Of a stretch of 64,000 nucleotides of DNA, positions 27,301 through 39,800 are shown one piece after another. The notes below the pieces were generated by a model. It saw only the letters and a list, made by a program, of their open reading frames with translations. It made no database searches and had not been told where the DNA came from. The DNA comes from Blasia pusilla. Taxonomy: Eukaryota. The translations under genes and the position numbers were made by a program. The number at the start of each line of letters is the position of its first letter. Positions within the stretch are counted from its first letter, which is position 1. The stretch spans positions 46,438,001 to 46,502,000 of the forward strand of contig CM114271.1 of assembly GCA_050084515.1 (NCBI GenBank), given 5' to 3'.

Positions 27301-30300
27301 ATCCATAATACCGTGTCCTGAAACTTAATTTTTTTTTAGCTTGTGGAGTCATTTACTTTTTTTTTAAAGCGATGGCTCTGCTTGAAATACTTATCTTGCT
27401 TCCCTTGCAGTATCTTATAGCACATACACCCAAGACCTTGCTCATGGGTAATCTCGAAAGCTGTAAACTTTCAGAGGTACTTTATCGCTGGTCGGAAAGA
27501 AAGGGTCTTGTATTCTTGTTGACTTTGATGTGCGAGCAAAGTCCCGCTTTCGGGTTGTCATGGACGGCTCTTTAACACAATGAAATCCACTCATCGCGAA
27601 CTCAGGAACTACGTTTCGCCTGGCTACAGGTTCCCTGGTGTGGAAGTGGGAGTGAAAAGTTCCTCCTCGACAACCCTTCCGTTTGTATGGTTCATAATGC
27701 TGGAGAACTATCCTTGGTGGAGTATGGCTGTAATGAGGTGCTAGGGACTTGCCGCACAGAGCATCTCAGCCCTTATCTCATAAGCATCCGTTTGAACGAG
27801 CTGGCAGTCCCGTCAGACATCTCCAACTCGGAAGAGGAAGTAAAGAAAATTGCTTACTTAATCGATCTCCAGACTATAAGGATTCTGGACCTTGTCAGGC
27901 AAGTCTTCCAAACATAGCTACTGAAGTTTGCTTGCTATTAAGTCGGCTGTGTGCGTGTGAAAACCAAGTGGAGAGGAAAGATATGCTTGACAACCAAGCA
28001 GAATTCTCGTTTCATTTGAACGTATGAGGTGCAAAACTAACTGATCCACTCACTTCGTGAAATGCATTTGAGAATAATCCTGGGGAAAACATGCCTTTCA
28101 TTTGGACAGAGGAGTGACTGCGGGGACGCTGATACACGACTTCAAAGTTGATTGGCTTGAGTTGAATCCTCTTGCAACCCACCTGCTATTCCGGGACAAG
28201 AAACAGCAATTGCATCTTTTCAACATTGCCAATCAGGTACATGCTAGTCCGAAGCTCCCGATTTCTTTATTCGTAGTCGTTCTCCTCTGAGGTGAGAAAC
28301 GTTGCCTGCGTGTCCCCAGTTCTTACCATGGACACCAGCCCTTTTCCCGCGTGTATTCTGTTCTGGTCCAGGCATTTTCTGTGCTTGCATCAACCAGACA
28401 TATGCCATCGTGAATTAATAAGAAGCAGAGGACCAAACTCTGAATTAGTAAACCTTCATCGATCCCGTGTTAGAGTCCTGCGCACGAAAGAAGAGGAGTA
28501 AGGGATCATCACACCGGCATTTCACATCTTAAGTGGGGCAGAGATAGTAACATATTAATATTTTAAATTCCTCACCACTGACATCGAAGTCAATATGGCC
28601 GAGTTGGTCTAAGGCGCCAGTTTCAGGTACTGGTCCGAAAGGGCGTGGGTTCGAATCCCACTGTTGACATGATTACGTGTCGTTATGTGGACGGATCTCG
28701 TTTTCCAACATGATACTGACCCAATCCATCTCGAAACTTCATCTTTTCCATTTAATCAACATCTAATGGTGAGAGATTCGGTAATCCTTTAGGTCGAAAC
28801 AAGTGTTCGACCTCTAAGATTGGTGGAGAAGAAAATAATCAACATATTCATGGAGAGGACGAGTGGATAGTCTAGAACTTGTAGAAGTCGTAAAGAGAGG
28901 TCTTTGAAAGTAAAGATGTTGAAAAGGAGAAACTCAATTAATTTCGCTAGAAGGACGAGTGGATAGTCTAGAACTTGTAGAGGTCGTAAAGAGAGGTCTT
29001 TGAAAGTAAAGATGTTGAAAAGGAGAAACTCAATTAATTTCGCCAAAAGGAGGAGTGTTTGCAAATCTACACTACTACTTCAAGAGCGATTTTCAAAGTG
29101 GCGATAGCTGAGTGTTCACCACGTGTTATTTTAAGGTCAGGAATGCAAGACGCTTGGCATAATCGGGCATTTAGGGTTACAAGGACCGTGCATCGCATGG
29201 TCCCTCACGGGTCCTAACTAGTAAAGATATATGAAAGGATAAGAGCTTTTGAGATTTTTATTGGTTAAAAGTAGAAGTATTTGAAAACTAAAAGAGCATT
29301 CTCCAATACTTCTCTACATTAATATTGGAGATTGTCTTCTTGATTTGCAAACACCTCCCTCCTTGACATGTGACAACGGAGCTGGAAGAAAATATTTCCC
29401 ATTCTACAGGCAACGAGAAAAGAAATTGTGTGCACCATGACTAGTCCCTAGCCCCTACATGGACTAGAGTGTAGGGACTAATAGTTGCCTACTTCTAGCG
29501 CGAGTTGGATCCATGTTGAGCTTGTCACCCTGAAGCAGTTGGTTGAAGTTCTTGGAGAGGAGAACTGTTTGAAAACCAGAAGGGCACGTTGGTAATTGGT
29601 GCTACATTCGCCTATCCCCTAGTGTGAACCCTTACATCAGCCAATGGCTGGACCTCTCATTTTGAGGTCCCTAACAGTTTTGTGGTAATTTAAATTAACG
29701 TATATATGTAGGAGAGAAAAAAGTCCATGGCAGGATCCAACTTGTGCTAGAGGTAGGCAAAAATAACACCAAGTACAAGCATACCTAATGTATATTACCA
29801 TATGCCCTTTCATTTTGCAAACTCCTCTCCTGACTCGCCTTATGAACTAATAAGATAACTTAAAATAGCAGCAAATCTCGAGAGGCAATTGGGAAAGGGG
29901 AGGCTGTTGAAGAGTATAAGCGTTTGAAAACCAAGAGGGCATGTTGGTAAGTGGTGCTCTATTCGCCTATCCCCTAGCACGCATTCTTCCATCACACGAG
30001 ATGATGACCCTTTAAATTGCAGGTTTTCGAAACTCAGATTGACAGACCTAAGAACTAAGGTAAGATACATCTCTACGTGCAGAATTCACGTAAGTAGTTC
30101 AGACAATCGAGTTATTTCTGACATTGGTTTCAGTTATGTTCGACGAATTGTGCAAACAGGAGCGGACAACTTTACTGAACTTTTGCAGTTATGTGCAATG
30201 GGTGCCTAGCAGGGATGTGGTCGTTGCGCAGGTAAACAACTGTTAAAATACCATTTCCACGGCCAAAAAATCTCTGAAAAACCCTCAGTGTTAGGAGTGG

Positions 30301-33300
30301 GATCTCTTCTTGGCTGGACTCCAAGCCAAGAAGAGATCCCACTCCTAACACTCGTGTCTTATAAATGTGAAAGTGTTCCCATAAAGTCGCCCTCCATTGG
30401 GAAGACTGGTATTCATTTTGATCTCTTTGAAGCTATCCTATATAGTTTATCTAAGAAACAGCTACAGTCTAAGGTTTTCATTATTGAAACAACGATGACA
30501 GTTGTAGTACAGCTGAACAAGAAGGGAGTTACATAACCAAGCATGGATGTTTGACAGAACCGGGAAAACCTGTATGTTTGGTACAGTATCAAAGACCCTG
30601 AGCAGGCAACGGTCTTCCCAATCAAGGTCATATTCCCAGTTATTGAAGCAAATTATACTTTTATACTCTTCTAAAATACTTTGGTTTTTTTAGCTTCTAT
30701 GTAGATCCGAGTTGCTCCCTTGTGTACTAACATCAGATTTGAGTTTCAAGAGGATGGGATTGCAGGTAAAGACAATCTTGAGATCTTCTACCTTCTGGTT
30801 TCCTTCCTGACATTAGAGTGGCTTGTCATGTGCTCATGGATTGCTTAATTCTCTCCAACAGGGGGAGGTTGAAGGCATTGAAAGAACAGACAGCCGCACA
30901 GAAGTGATTGTAAACGAAGGCATCACAGTTGTATGTGCTTGCACTTCTGCAAGTTGGCTTCATTCAACTTTTGGTGCCTCCTGGTTCGTAAAATGATGTA
31001 ATCTATTCATCCAGTTTGAAGGTAGTCACCTCTGGTTATTGAAAGTGATTCTACATCGATTCAATCGATTCTAAGATATTCAAACTGTGTGAACTCTGCA
31101 CAATTGCAGGTCAGCTACGTATTAGATGAAGCACTCATTGAGTTTGGCTCAGCTTTGGAGAATTTTGAGTACAACCGTGCAATTAGCATCCTGGAACAGT
31201 TACAGCTCACACCTGAGACAGAAGCTATGTGGAAACAGGTATGGAAAGTCAATGGTATGGTCTCAACTACGTTGTAACCACAACTGACCTCAAACATTTA
31301 ATTGATATCCAACTATTTCTGCTTGCCATATTTTTGGTTGCTGTAGTATGGCTTTTGAGTCGTCTTGTGGGTGGCCCATTTCTGTTCCTTCACCATGCAT
31401 AGGATTTGCATTAATGGATTGAAGTAATTGTTCGATTTTAAATCAAGTCTGTGTCTGTGTGTAGCTATCCGATACGGCACTACTTCACAGAGAGCTATTT
31501 GTTGCAGAGCACTGCTTTGCAGCTCTTGGAGATGTGGCCAAGGCACGCTTCATGCATAAGGTGGTGATGTTCCGATAATGCAGTAGCTGCAACGGACTTA
31601 GCTGGTTGTGCTGATTTCAAATTTCCACCTGACGTGACTTGACCACTTGGATATTCGAAAGTAAAACTCACGACTTGGAAGGAATTTGCTTTTGTATCTT
31701 TTAGTTTTGACTGGATGGCTAATCTTGGGATGAGGGCAGGTGAATAAGAGTACCCAAGCAATAATTCGAGATACAGGAACTGATGGAAAGGATTATTACC
31801 TTGTCCGAGCAAAACTTGCTCTGCTTCAACACCAATGGAAGGTGCCTTTTGTCTTCATTAAGTGCTGATATAGTCTAAATGAAAGAATTTTCATTGAGGG
31901 TACAATTAAAGCTGCATGTCTTCTGCCATGAACATAGCTATGGACCGATCAATCCTAAAAGCCCTGAATTCTGTTTCATGATCTCCTCTTGATAATAGAC
32001 TTGGAAAATTCTGTCTTATGATGTGCGTCAGTTTTGTGCTTTCGGTAGAGAATCATGCCATAATCATGAGTCAGGAAGAAAAAGAACACCTAGCACAATA
32101 TTGCATGCAAATGAGTTCTGGCAGGTGTTTACTTGTTTAATTTACTTTCGGGATGGATTTATCATCAAATCTAGCCGATCAGTACCGTAATTTAGCAAAC
32201 AACAGGCTGCAATAGCTTCTATCTCTTTCTGGAAAGTTCTGGTATCATCTTAAGTCTCTACATGTTGTTCCTTAGCTGTAACAGAGCCACAGTTATATGG
32301 AATCATGGATTGTAGTGAACAGGTTGGAATAGCATAGACAAATTCTTGAAAGGAAAATTGGAAACTACTATTAAATTTTTTGGCTAATTTCAGGTGGCAG
32401 AAACGCTTCTGCTGGAGCATGGTTATGTTGCAGAGACTATACAAATGTACACAGAGTGCCACAGGTTCTAGTCTGTGCTCAAAGCAACGGTTTAAAAGCT
32501 CGTTTGAGTTTGGTCACCACGTGCAATAACTATTCTTCAAGAGAGTGGGCGGTAAAATGTTTGAGATGTTACTAGCAACGCTAGTGGCTGAATCCTCATA
32601 CATCAAACCTGAAGCTGTCATCTTCAGTCTCTTAGGTGATGTACCAGAAATTATGCAAAGATCGAGGTTTAGAGAATGAATGAATGAAATGATTTATTGT
32701 CCAAAGAAGGACCAAGTAGACGTACTCTTCCACGATCTCGACAGCTTCTCTGTTCACATCTTGTCCGTAGGTGAATGTGTGCAGCCCTTGTGCTTCTGGT
32801 AGTTGGAAGCCGAAGATAACTTCTTTGGTCTTTTGTAGATTGACCTCCATCTCAGATGCATCTCAGATGTACTGCAGAATCCCCATAGTGCATTCAGATA
32901 TAGTTGTAGACCTTGTGCTGTTCTGGACAACGAAGTGATGTCATCTGCATAGAGTAGGACGGGTATCAAGAAGGTGGCCATTTCTTGGCCACCAAATGGT
33001 TCTATTTCTTCCATTTCTTCTTATGGAAGAAATGGAAGAAATGAAACGGTTTCAAATGCTTTCTAAAAGTAATCAAAACAACAATAGAGTTTCTTGGGTT
33101 TAGAAGTAGTTCTGATTTTAGAGGTCCCTTCGATAAGTCCCATCATTGAGAGCAGGTGATCAAGAGTGCTGTATGCTTTCCGTGAGCCCGAATATTCATC
33201 CTGGTCGTCGTTCAACTTTCTCTCCAACAATGTTCCCTACAGTTTGGCCATGAGTGAACTCACCATAATAGTTCTATAGTTGGAGGCCACCATTGGGTCC

Positions 33301-33821
33301 CCCAGTCTTGAGAAGTGGATGTATGGTATTCATCTGCCATTCGGGAGGGTCATCTGCCATTCGGGAGGGAATCCTGTCGAACAACAGCATTGAACATGGA
33401 TGTGATTGTCAGAGCAATAGCCTCATTTGCCATCTTGAACATCTGAGCATGACATTGTTGGTTATCTTTGTTAGGATTTCTTATAAAATGTCTGGTATTC
33501 AACTGTTAACTGTGATTAGTTCTACAAACTATGTAGAGTTCTACCCTTTTAGTTTAACTGTGATTAGTTCTACAAACTATGATTGGAAGTTTACCATGGT
33601 TACAAGTCTCTCACTTCAGTTAGATTACTAGTTATATCTGAACTATTCTTGTTGGTTCTGGTTATGTTAATTGTGCTCATGGTGGTCTGCCCTGCCCCTG
33701 TTGAGCTGTCCTAATGTGCTGCCTTGCTCATAGTGTGCTGGCTTATGCATGATGCTGGCCAGCTCCTGTTGTGCTGGCCCTTCCACCTTCCCTTCTGCTG
33801 GCCCCTCGTAGGAAACTGTAT

Positions 33822-33856
<35 letters not shown>

Positions 33857-36800
33857 CAAAATCTGGTGTGACATGTGGGGCATGGAGGCAAATGTACTGA
33901 AGTGCAGTGTGATGATTTTCAATGGCAAGGAGGAGGACCAAGACCAACAGTGGTACTGGGGTGACCAAGAGATCCCCCGTGTGGCTACCTACACCTATCT
34001 GGGCATAGAATTCTCGGAAGATTGCATGTGGGATGCACACATTAAGAAGACTACTGAGAAAGGCCACAAGAAGGTGAACGGTCTGTCCAGATTCCTACAG
34101 TGCCGGGACATCACATCAGAAGTAAAGCGCTGTGTCATTTTGCATACCATTCGTCCCTCGCTGGAATACGGGGCAGCAGTGTGGGATGCCAACACCAAAC
34201 AAAGGGATAGGCTTGAAGCTGTGCAGCTGAAGGCGTTTCGGGGTATGATGTCAACTTCATCACGAACAGCCCGCGTTGGTGTGAGATCAGAACTAGGTGT
34301 GGAACCCTTGGAGGATAGACGTGACATCGCCAAGTTGAAATGGCGGAGGCAGCTGGAGACAATGGACTCCCATCGCTATCCTAAAGAGGTGATGGGGAAA
34401 ACCTGGACCCAAAGAAGACCCGTAAAACAGGCCAAATCTTGGACGAAAAAGGTTCAAGAGATTGTGCAAGCATTCAAGCTCCCAGCAGGGCCTGAAATGT
34501 GGGAGCAAGATGAGAAAGCATTCGTGGATACCATAACCAAAGCAGTGGGCAAACGCTCACAGCAGAACAGCACGGAGGAAGCCATGAAAATGTCTAACCT
34601 CTCTTTTGACGGTATATCCCGAGAGGGCAGAACTGAAGAACTATTTGCGGGGAACCCCTTGCTTGGGAACCCGACTCAAGTTCAAGTTCAGGACGGGGGC
34701 AATCCCCTTGAACCATAAGAAAAGCAGGATGGGAACACAAATAAACTCTTGCGCCTTGTGTGACGATGGGGACGAAACCTCTAGTCATTACTTGGTCTCC
34801 TGCGAAAATTCACAACACACAGAGCAAGAGCATATGCTGATATTGCTAAGCTGGTAGCACCAGAATTGTTCAACACATTCAGTAGCCTTGATTCATTGCC
34901 CAAAGCTGCTGCACTGGTAAGTAATGTCTATTGGGGATCCCAATCAGGTAAAGTAGATGGTGTGGTGAAGAGCTTCTTGGTTGACACTTGGAAGCTCCGC
35001 ACAAACACGTTGTTTGGTCAGCACTCACACTATATGAGAGTGTCTCCCTCCTCTCATATGGTACCTTCTTCACTTGCTTCTCTCTCTACACCCATCCCAG
35101 TCTCAAGCACCGTCCAACCAGGGCGCGGGGTCTATGGTCGCAAGGCTACGACAGGCACTACTTAATGAGTACAGTCTCTCTCTCTCTCTCTCTCTCTTTC
35201 CTACTTCCAGGGCGCGGGGTCTATGGTCGCAAGGCTACGACAGGCACTACTTAATGAGTACAGTCTCTTTCCTACTTCTTTGATTCACTTCTACTCCTGC
35301 CTTCTAAGGCAGTGTGTCTTGACATTAGCTCCTACATACCTGAACCCCTGCTGGTGCCTTGATCAACTAAGAAGGAATGTGCTTTGTTGTGGAGAATGCT
35401 CCAAGAACCAATCTACCACATACTCCTGCATCTTGGTTTCAACCACATCTCTTCAAGTCTCGTGTATTCTCATAAGGTGTTGCTGTGCCAAGCTTCCAGT
35501 TCTCAATAGAAGTAGCAGACTAGTTCTGCATGCAATCCATTTCAGATTTTCTTTTTCAGGTTTGTAATGTTGAAATCAGAATTCTACTTCCTCTCAGATC
35601 TACTTTTAAAACTTTAAAATGATAGAAAGATAATAGATCCCGACAGGATCTTCCACTGAACCATGTACATGAGGGTAATCACTTACAAACCTGAAAAGAG
35701 CAAAACTGAAATGGATTGCATGTAGAACTGGTCTACAACTTCTATTGAGAACTGGGTGCTTGAAAAGCAACACCTTATTAGAATACACAAGTCCTGAAGA
35801 GAGGTGGTTGAAACCAAGATGCAGGAGTTTGTGCTAGATTGGTACTTGGAGCATTCTCCACACCAATGCACATTCCTTCTTAGTTGATCAAGGCACCAGC
35901 AGAGGTTCAGGTATGTAGGAGCTAATCTCAAAACCCACAGCCTTAGAGGGCAGGAGTAGAAGTGAATCAAAGAAGAAGGGAAGAGAGGGGGAGTTAAATA
36001 GTTTCCTACAAGAGACCAGCAGAAGGGACCACTGCATGGTAAGGCAAGGTGGAAGGGCCAGCACAACAGGAGCAGGCCAGCACACCAGGAATAGGCCAGC
36101 ACATTATGAGAAGGACAACACAACAGGCCAGTACAGCAAGGATAGGCCAACACACCATGTGCACAATTAAACATAACCAAAACTCACAAGAGTAGTTAAA
36201 GAGGTAACTAGTAAACTAACTGAGACTTGTAACTATGATAAACTTCCAACCATAGTTTGCAGAACTAACCATAGTTAAAAAACTGGAAGAAAACAGCAAA
36301 CAATTTTATGTGAAATCCTAACATGTAAGTGATTACCCTCATGTACATGGTTCAGTGGAAGATCCTGTCGGGATCTGGTCTCTTTCTATGCTTTAGGGTT
36401 TTAAAAGTGAGATCTGAGAGAAGTAGAATTCTGATTTCAACAATTTTCAGGTTCATTGTGTAGTTCGTGGATGCCTGGTTTGACTTCTTCCAGGGTGAAT
36501 AGGTCCCTGTCCCCATCCGGCCATGGATTGGTGGGCATAGCAGGGTTGCAATGATACAGTTGGCAACCGTATGACAGCAAGATGCATGTAGAGAAATAGG
36601 CAGCAAGATGTGGATTGTCAGTTGCAACTGTTCTGATTATGGTGTTTGTCTGTTTTAATCAAGATGGAAGGAGGCAATAGCGGTCGCTGAGAGCCATAAT
36701 CATCCTGATGCTGAGTCTTTAAGACGGAGTCACTTTGAATGGCTTTTGCAAACAGGTCAGGTATGTTCACGCCAATGATATTTCTAGGATTTGCTCCGAT

Positions 36801-39800
36801 TATGGTGTGGAGGATACTTGTAATGCGAATCCAGCACGAAGATAATTCTCATGACCAAGGGTTGTAGGGTCCCTCAGTCAACAACGAATGATCATTTGAT
36901 CTGTTCAGGTTTAGCTTCCACTTTTGTATTTTGTGATGTCTAGTAGTTGACAGTTTATGATGGCTTTTCTCGAGCTTATGACAGATGCCTCGCCATCTCT
37001 TCAGGAAGAAGAAGCAGGACAGGTTAAGGAATCAGAAGGGGACATTCTTGGTGCTATCTCATTGTTTTTGAGAGGTGGCCTTCCTGGGCATGCTGCAGAA
37101 TGCGTTAACAATCACCCGTCTTATGCTTTCCAGGTAGTCTTGAATCATACTCTCACTTACACTCTTCTCATGGAAAGTTTTGATTCAGGAAAAAGAAGTA
37201 AGAGACCCAGAGGATACTTGACCTTCGGCTCAATGATCCATTATTCGGCTCTAAACATTCTCTAAATATCTATCCGTGCCCTGCAAGGTGTTTAAATTCT
37301 TCCAAATTTTTAATCATCAGACACATTATGAATATGGCAGAGTGAGATTCTGGAGTCGATTGCTGGAGCATTGCAACAAGCTGGGATGTTTGAGAAGGTA
37401 CTTATCCGCAATAATAGGGGTTCCTCTTGAACAAGTTCGTCGGGGAATGATGTGTATGGTTTGTAAGTTAACCTCAATCGGTCACAGAAGTGTCGAAGTA
37501 TCAAGAAGAAGAATACGTACAGAGCAGTAGGTTCCGTAGGGCGCAGTTTCGACGCCACATCCAGTGATAGCATGCATTCAACAAACTTTTGTCTGCCAGC
37601 TGCGGCCGTTACTGGTTTCCGGGCTGTGCTTTCAAGGACCTGGATAGAGATGGAATAACATCGTGCTACGAGCTCAGTGGCGGAGGATTTCTCGCCTGTA
37701 ACTTCTTTTGTATAGAGAAAATTATATAGATTCAAATCTACGGACAACCCAAGCTATAGAGCGAGTTGATTCTTTTAATGCAAACAAGGTAGGAACAGTA
37801 TACTAAATATGTTAGAGCATGAACTTCCTTTCTATAGTTAACATACTGAAATGTGCAGCCCATGTGATAATAGCATAATTGTGTTGTTAAAACAACTGAC
37901 AGTCTGTGAGAGAGGAGACCTGGTTACGTGCTTACGCGTTGACCTGTTTCATCCAGGCAGGGGATTTCCTTGAGAGACTTGGGAAGCATGAGAGAGCAAA
38001 AGAAGCATATCGTCGGGGTCATGCATATCGTCGGGCAGTGGAGCTTGCTCGCCGTGTGTTTCCTAGTGAGGTGGTCTGTTTGGAAGAAGAATGGGGCACA
38101 TGGTTGGTATCCCAAAATCAGGCAAGTGTACAAAGTTGGAAGATCGATACTTCAACAATACTGGAAGATATAGAGCACATGATTAACGACGGGTGAGGTG
38201 TAGAACGGGCTTCCTATTTAGAGGAATGGGTGGAGGCTGTTGAGTAACTTTTCATGTATGGATTAAGTGATTCAGGTTAAGTGATTAATGTGGGTGTTCG
38301 TACCAGTTGAGGTGAGCACAATGAGCTACACGATACACAAAAGGAAAAACGCATTTAGAAGCTGGAAGAGTCTGAAGGAAGATCATATCTACTCTTTGTA
38401 GTAGTTAGACTAGATCTCATTGTGGTGAAAGAACAATTGCTGACTAGAATCGTTGTGAAGAGCAGATTGATGCGGCAATTAGTCACTTCATTGAAGCTGG
38501 CTGTAGTACGAAAGCTATTGAAGCTGCTATAGAGTCATGTCAGTGGACAAAGGCTGTCCAGATTGTGGAGGCACAGAATTCAAAAGTACATTCCCCAACT
38601 AACATACCTCAAGACGTGATTTTGTTCAATTTATTCTCGTCTCTTTGTGAACGCACCGGTGAAGTGGAAATATGTGAACGCTTATGTATGAAGAATATGC
38701 TATACATATTGTAGTAAGCTTTCCCATAATCTTGACTTTTCCTCCTCGACCTTCCTGGAGCCTAAATTTTCTGCTTTCGGAAGGTTAGTATGCAATATGA
38801 GAGATGGCTAGAGGACCTTTTCTGTTGCCTGATTTCCCAGTACATATTTTCTGCCTTGGATTTTATTTTTTCTTTCTAATTATGGAGATGTATGCTGACT
38901 ACTCCATAACCCAAAAAAATTCCTCACACGATCTTTTAAGGTCAAATGAAGCATTCTCGTAAAAGCATTGATGATAACTTTTGACAGGTGTGGTCCGAAA
39001 TCTTGATTTGTTCTGGTTCATCTGAGTGGGTCTTCTGCTTGGTAAATTGTTGTCTACTTTACAATAGCTTTTTTCAATGGGTGTTCAAGGAAGAGTTTCA
39101 CAGAAACAAATCTAAACTTGATCCCTGACTCCTGCATAACAGGTTGCACTTCCATTTTATAAACGACTAGCACGTCACTTCGAGGCAGCAAGGCAATATA
39201 TGGAAGCTGAGAAGTTCTTTGTGCGAGCAAAACTTGCAACTGAAGCAGTTGAGATGTACATTCGAGCAAACAAGTGGGAGGCTGGATACAAAGTAAGTAC
39301 TTCTTGTGTTATCAATTGAGAGCAGACGGATTATAAAATGGATTATTTATGAACTTAGACACAAGACCACGTTTTGATTATACAGACGATCTAAAATTCC
39401 GATGTTTCTGCAATTTGGTTGGTCAAAATATGCAACCTTGAAAGGCCCAGATAGAAATATCTATTTGTCTGGATCGAGATTTAGATTTCGAGTTTGGTAA
39501 ATATGGTGGATTATTGATTGGAGATTGCTTCTAGATTGTAATTTGGAGATGATGCCGTGTTGGATTTGTGAGGTCATTGAGGTAACATTTCATTGACATA
39601 GGTCGCAGTGAGGTATTTGTCTGAGGCTGAAGCAGCTGCGCTATACTTGCAACGCGCTCGTGAATTGGAGGCAACCGGCTACTTCCAAGATGCTGAAAAG
39701 TTATATCTGGAAGCTAAAGAGCCGGATCTTGCAATCAACATGTATAAGAAGGCCCACATGTTTGGTCAAATGACCAGGCTTGTTGCCAATTACCGACCTG

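Larger units (their letters stand above)
33469..36442 (+). mobile_element. Solo LTR A (TGTTAG...TCAACA), interrupted by two insertions
   Basis: Segments 33469-33830, 35265-35567 and 36329-36442 are collinear with the reverse complement of LTR B. Flanks ATCTT (33464-33468) and ATTTT (36443-36447) form a 5-bp TSD with one mismatch. Confidence 0.8.
32630..36620 (-). mobile_element. Old RTE/RTEX-like LINE reverse-transcriptase relic (pieces 32630-33468 and 36443-about 36620) split by a solo LTR
   Basis: Minus-strand peptides in order: [14 protein letters not shown] (36450-36500), [60 protein letters not shown]...[20 protein letters not shown]. Confidence 0.8.

Noticed and set aside
26772..29056. 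Short direct repeats as a possible CRISPR-like array
   Set aside because: Plain tandem duplications with no unique spacers and no cas genes, in eukaryotic introns.
35223..36180. Similar Cys-rich ORFs at 35223-35567, 35683-36180 and 47102-47450 as a small gene family
   Set aside because: They are translations of the same LTR repeat, and frames and starts are not conserved between copies.
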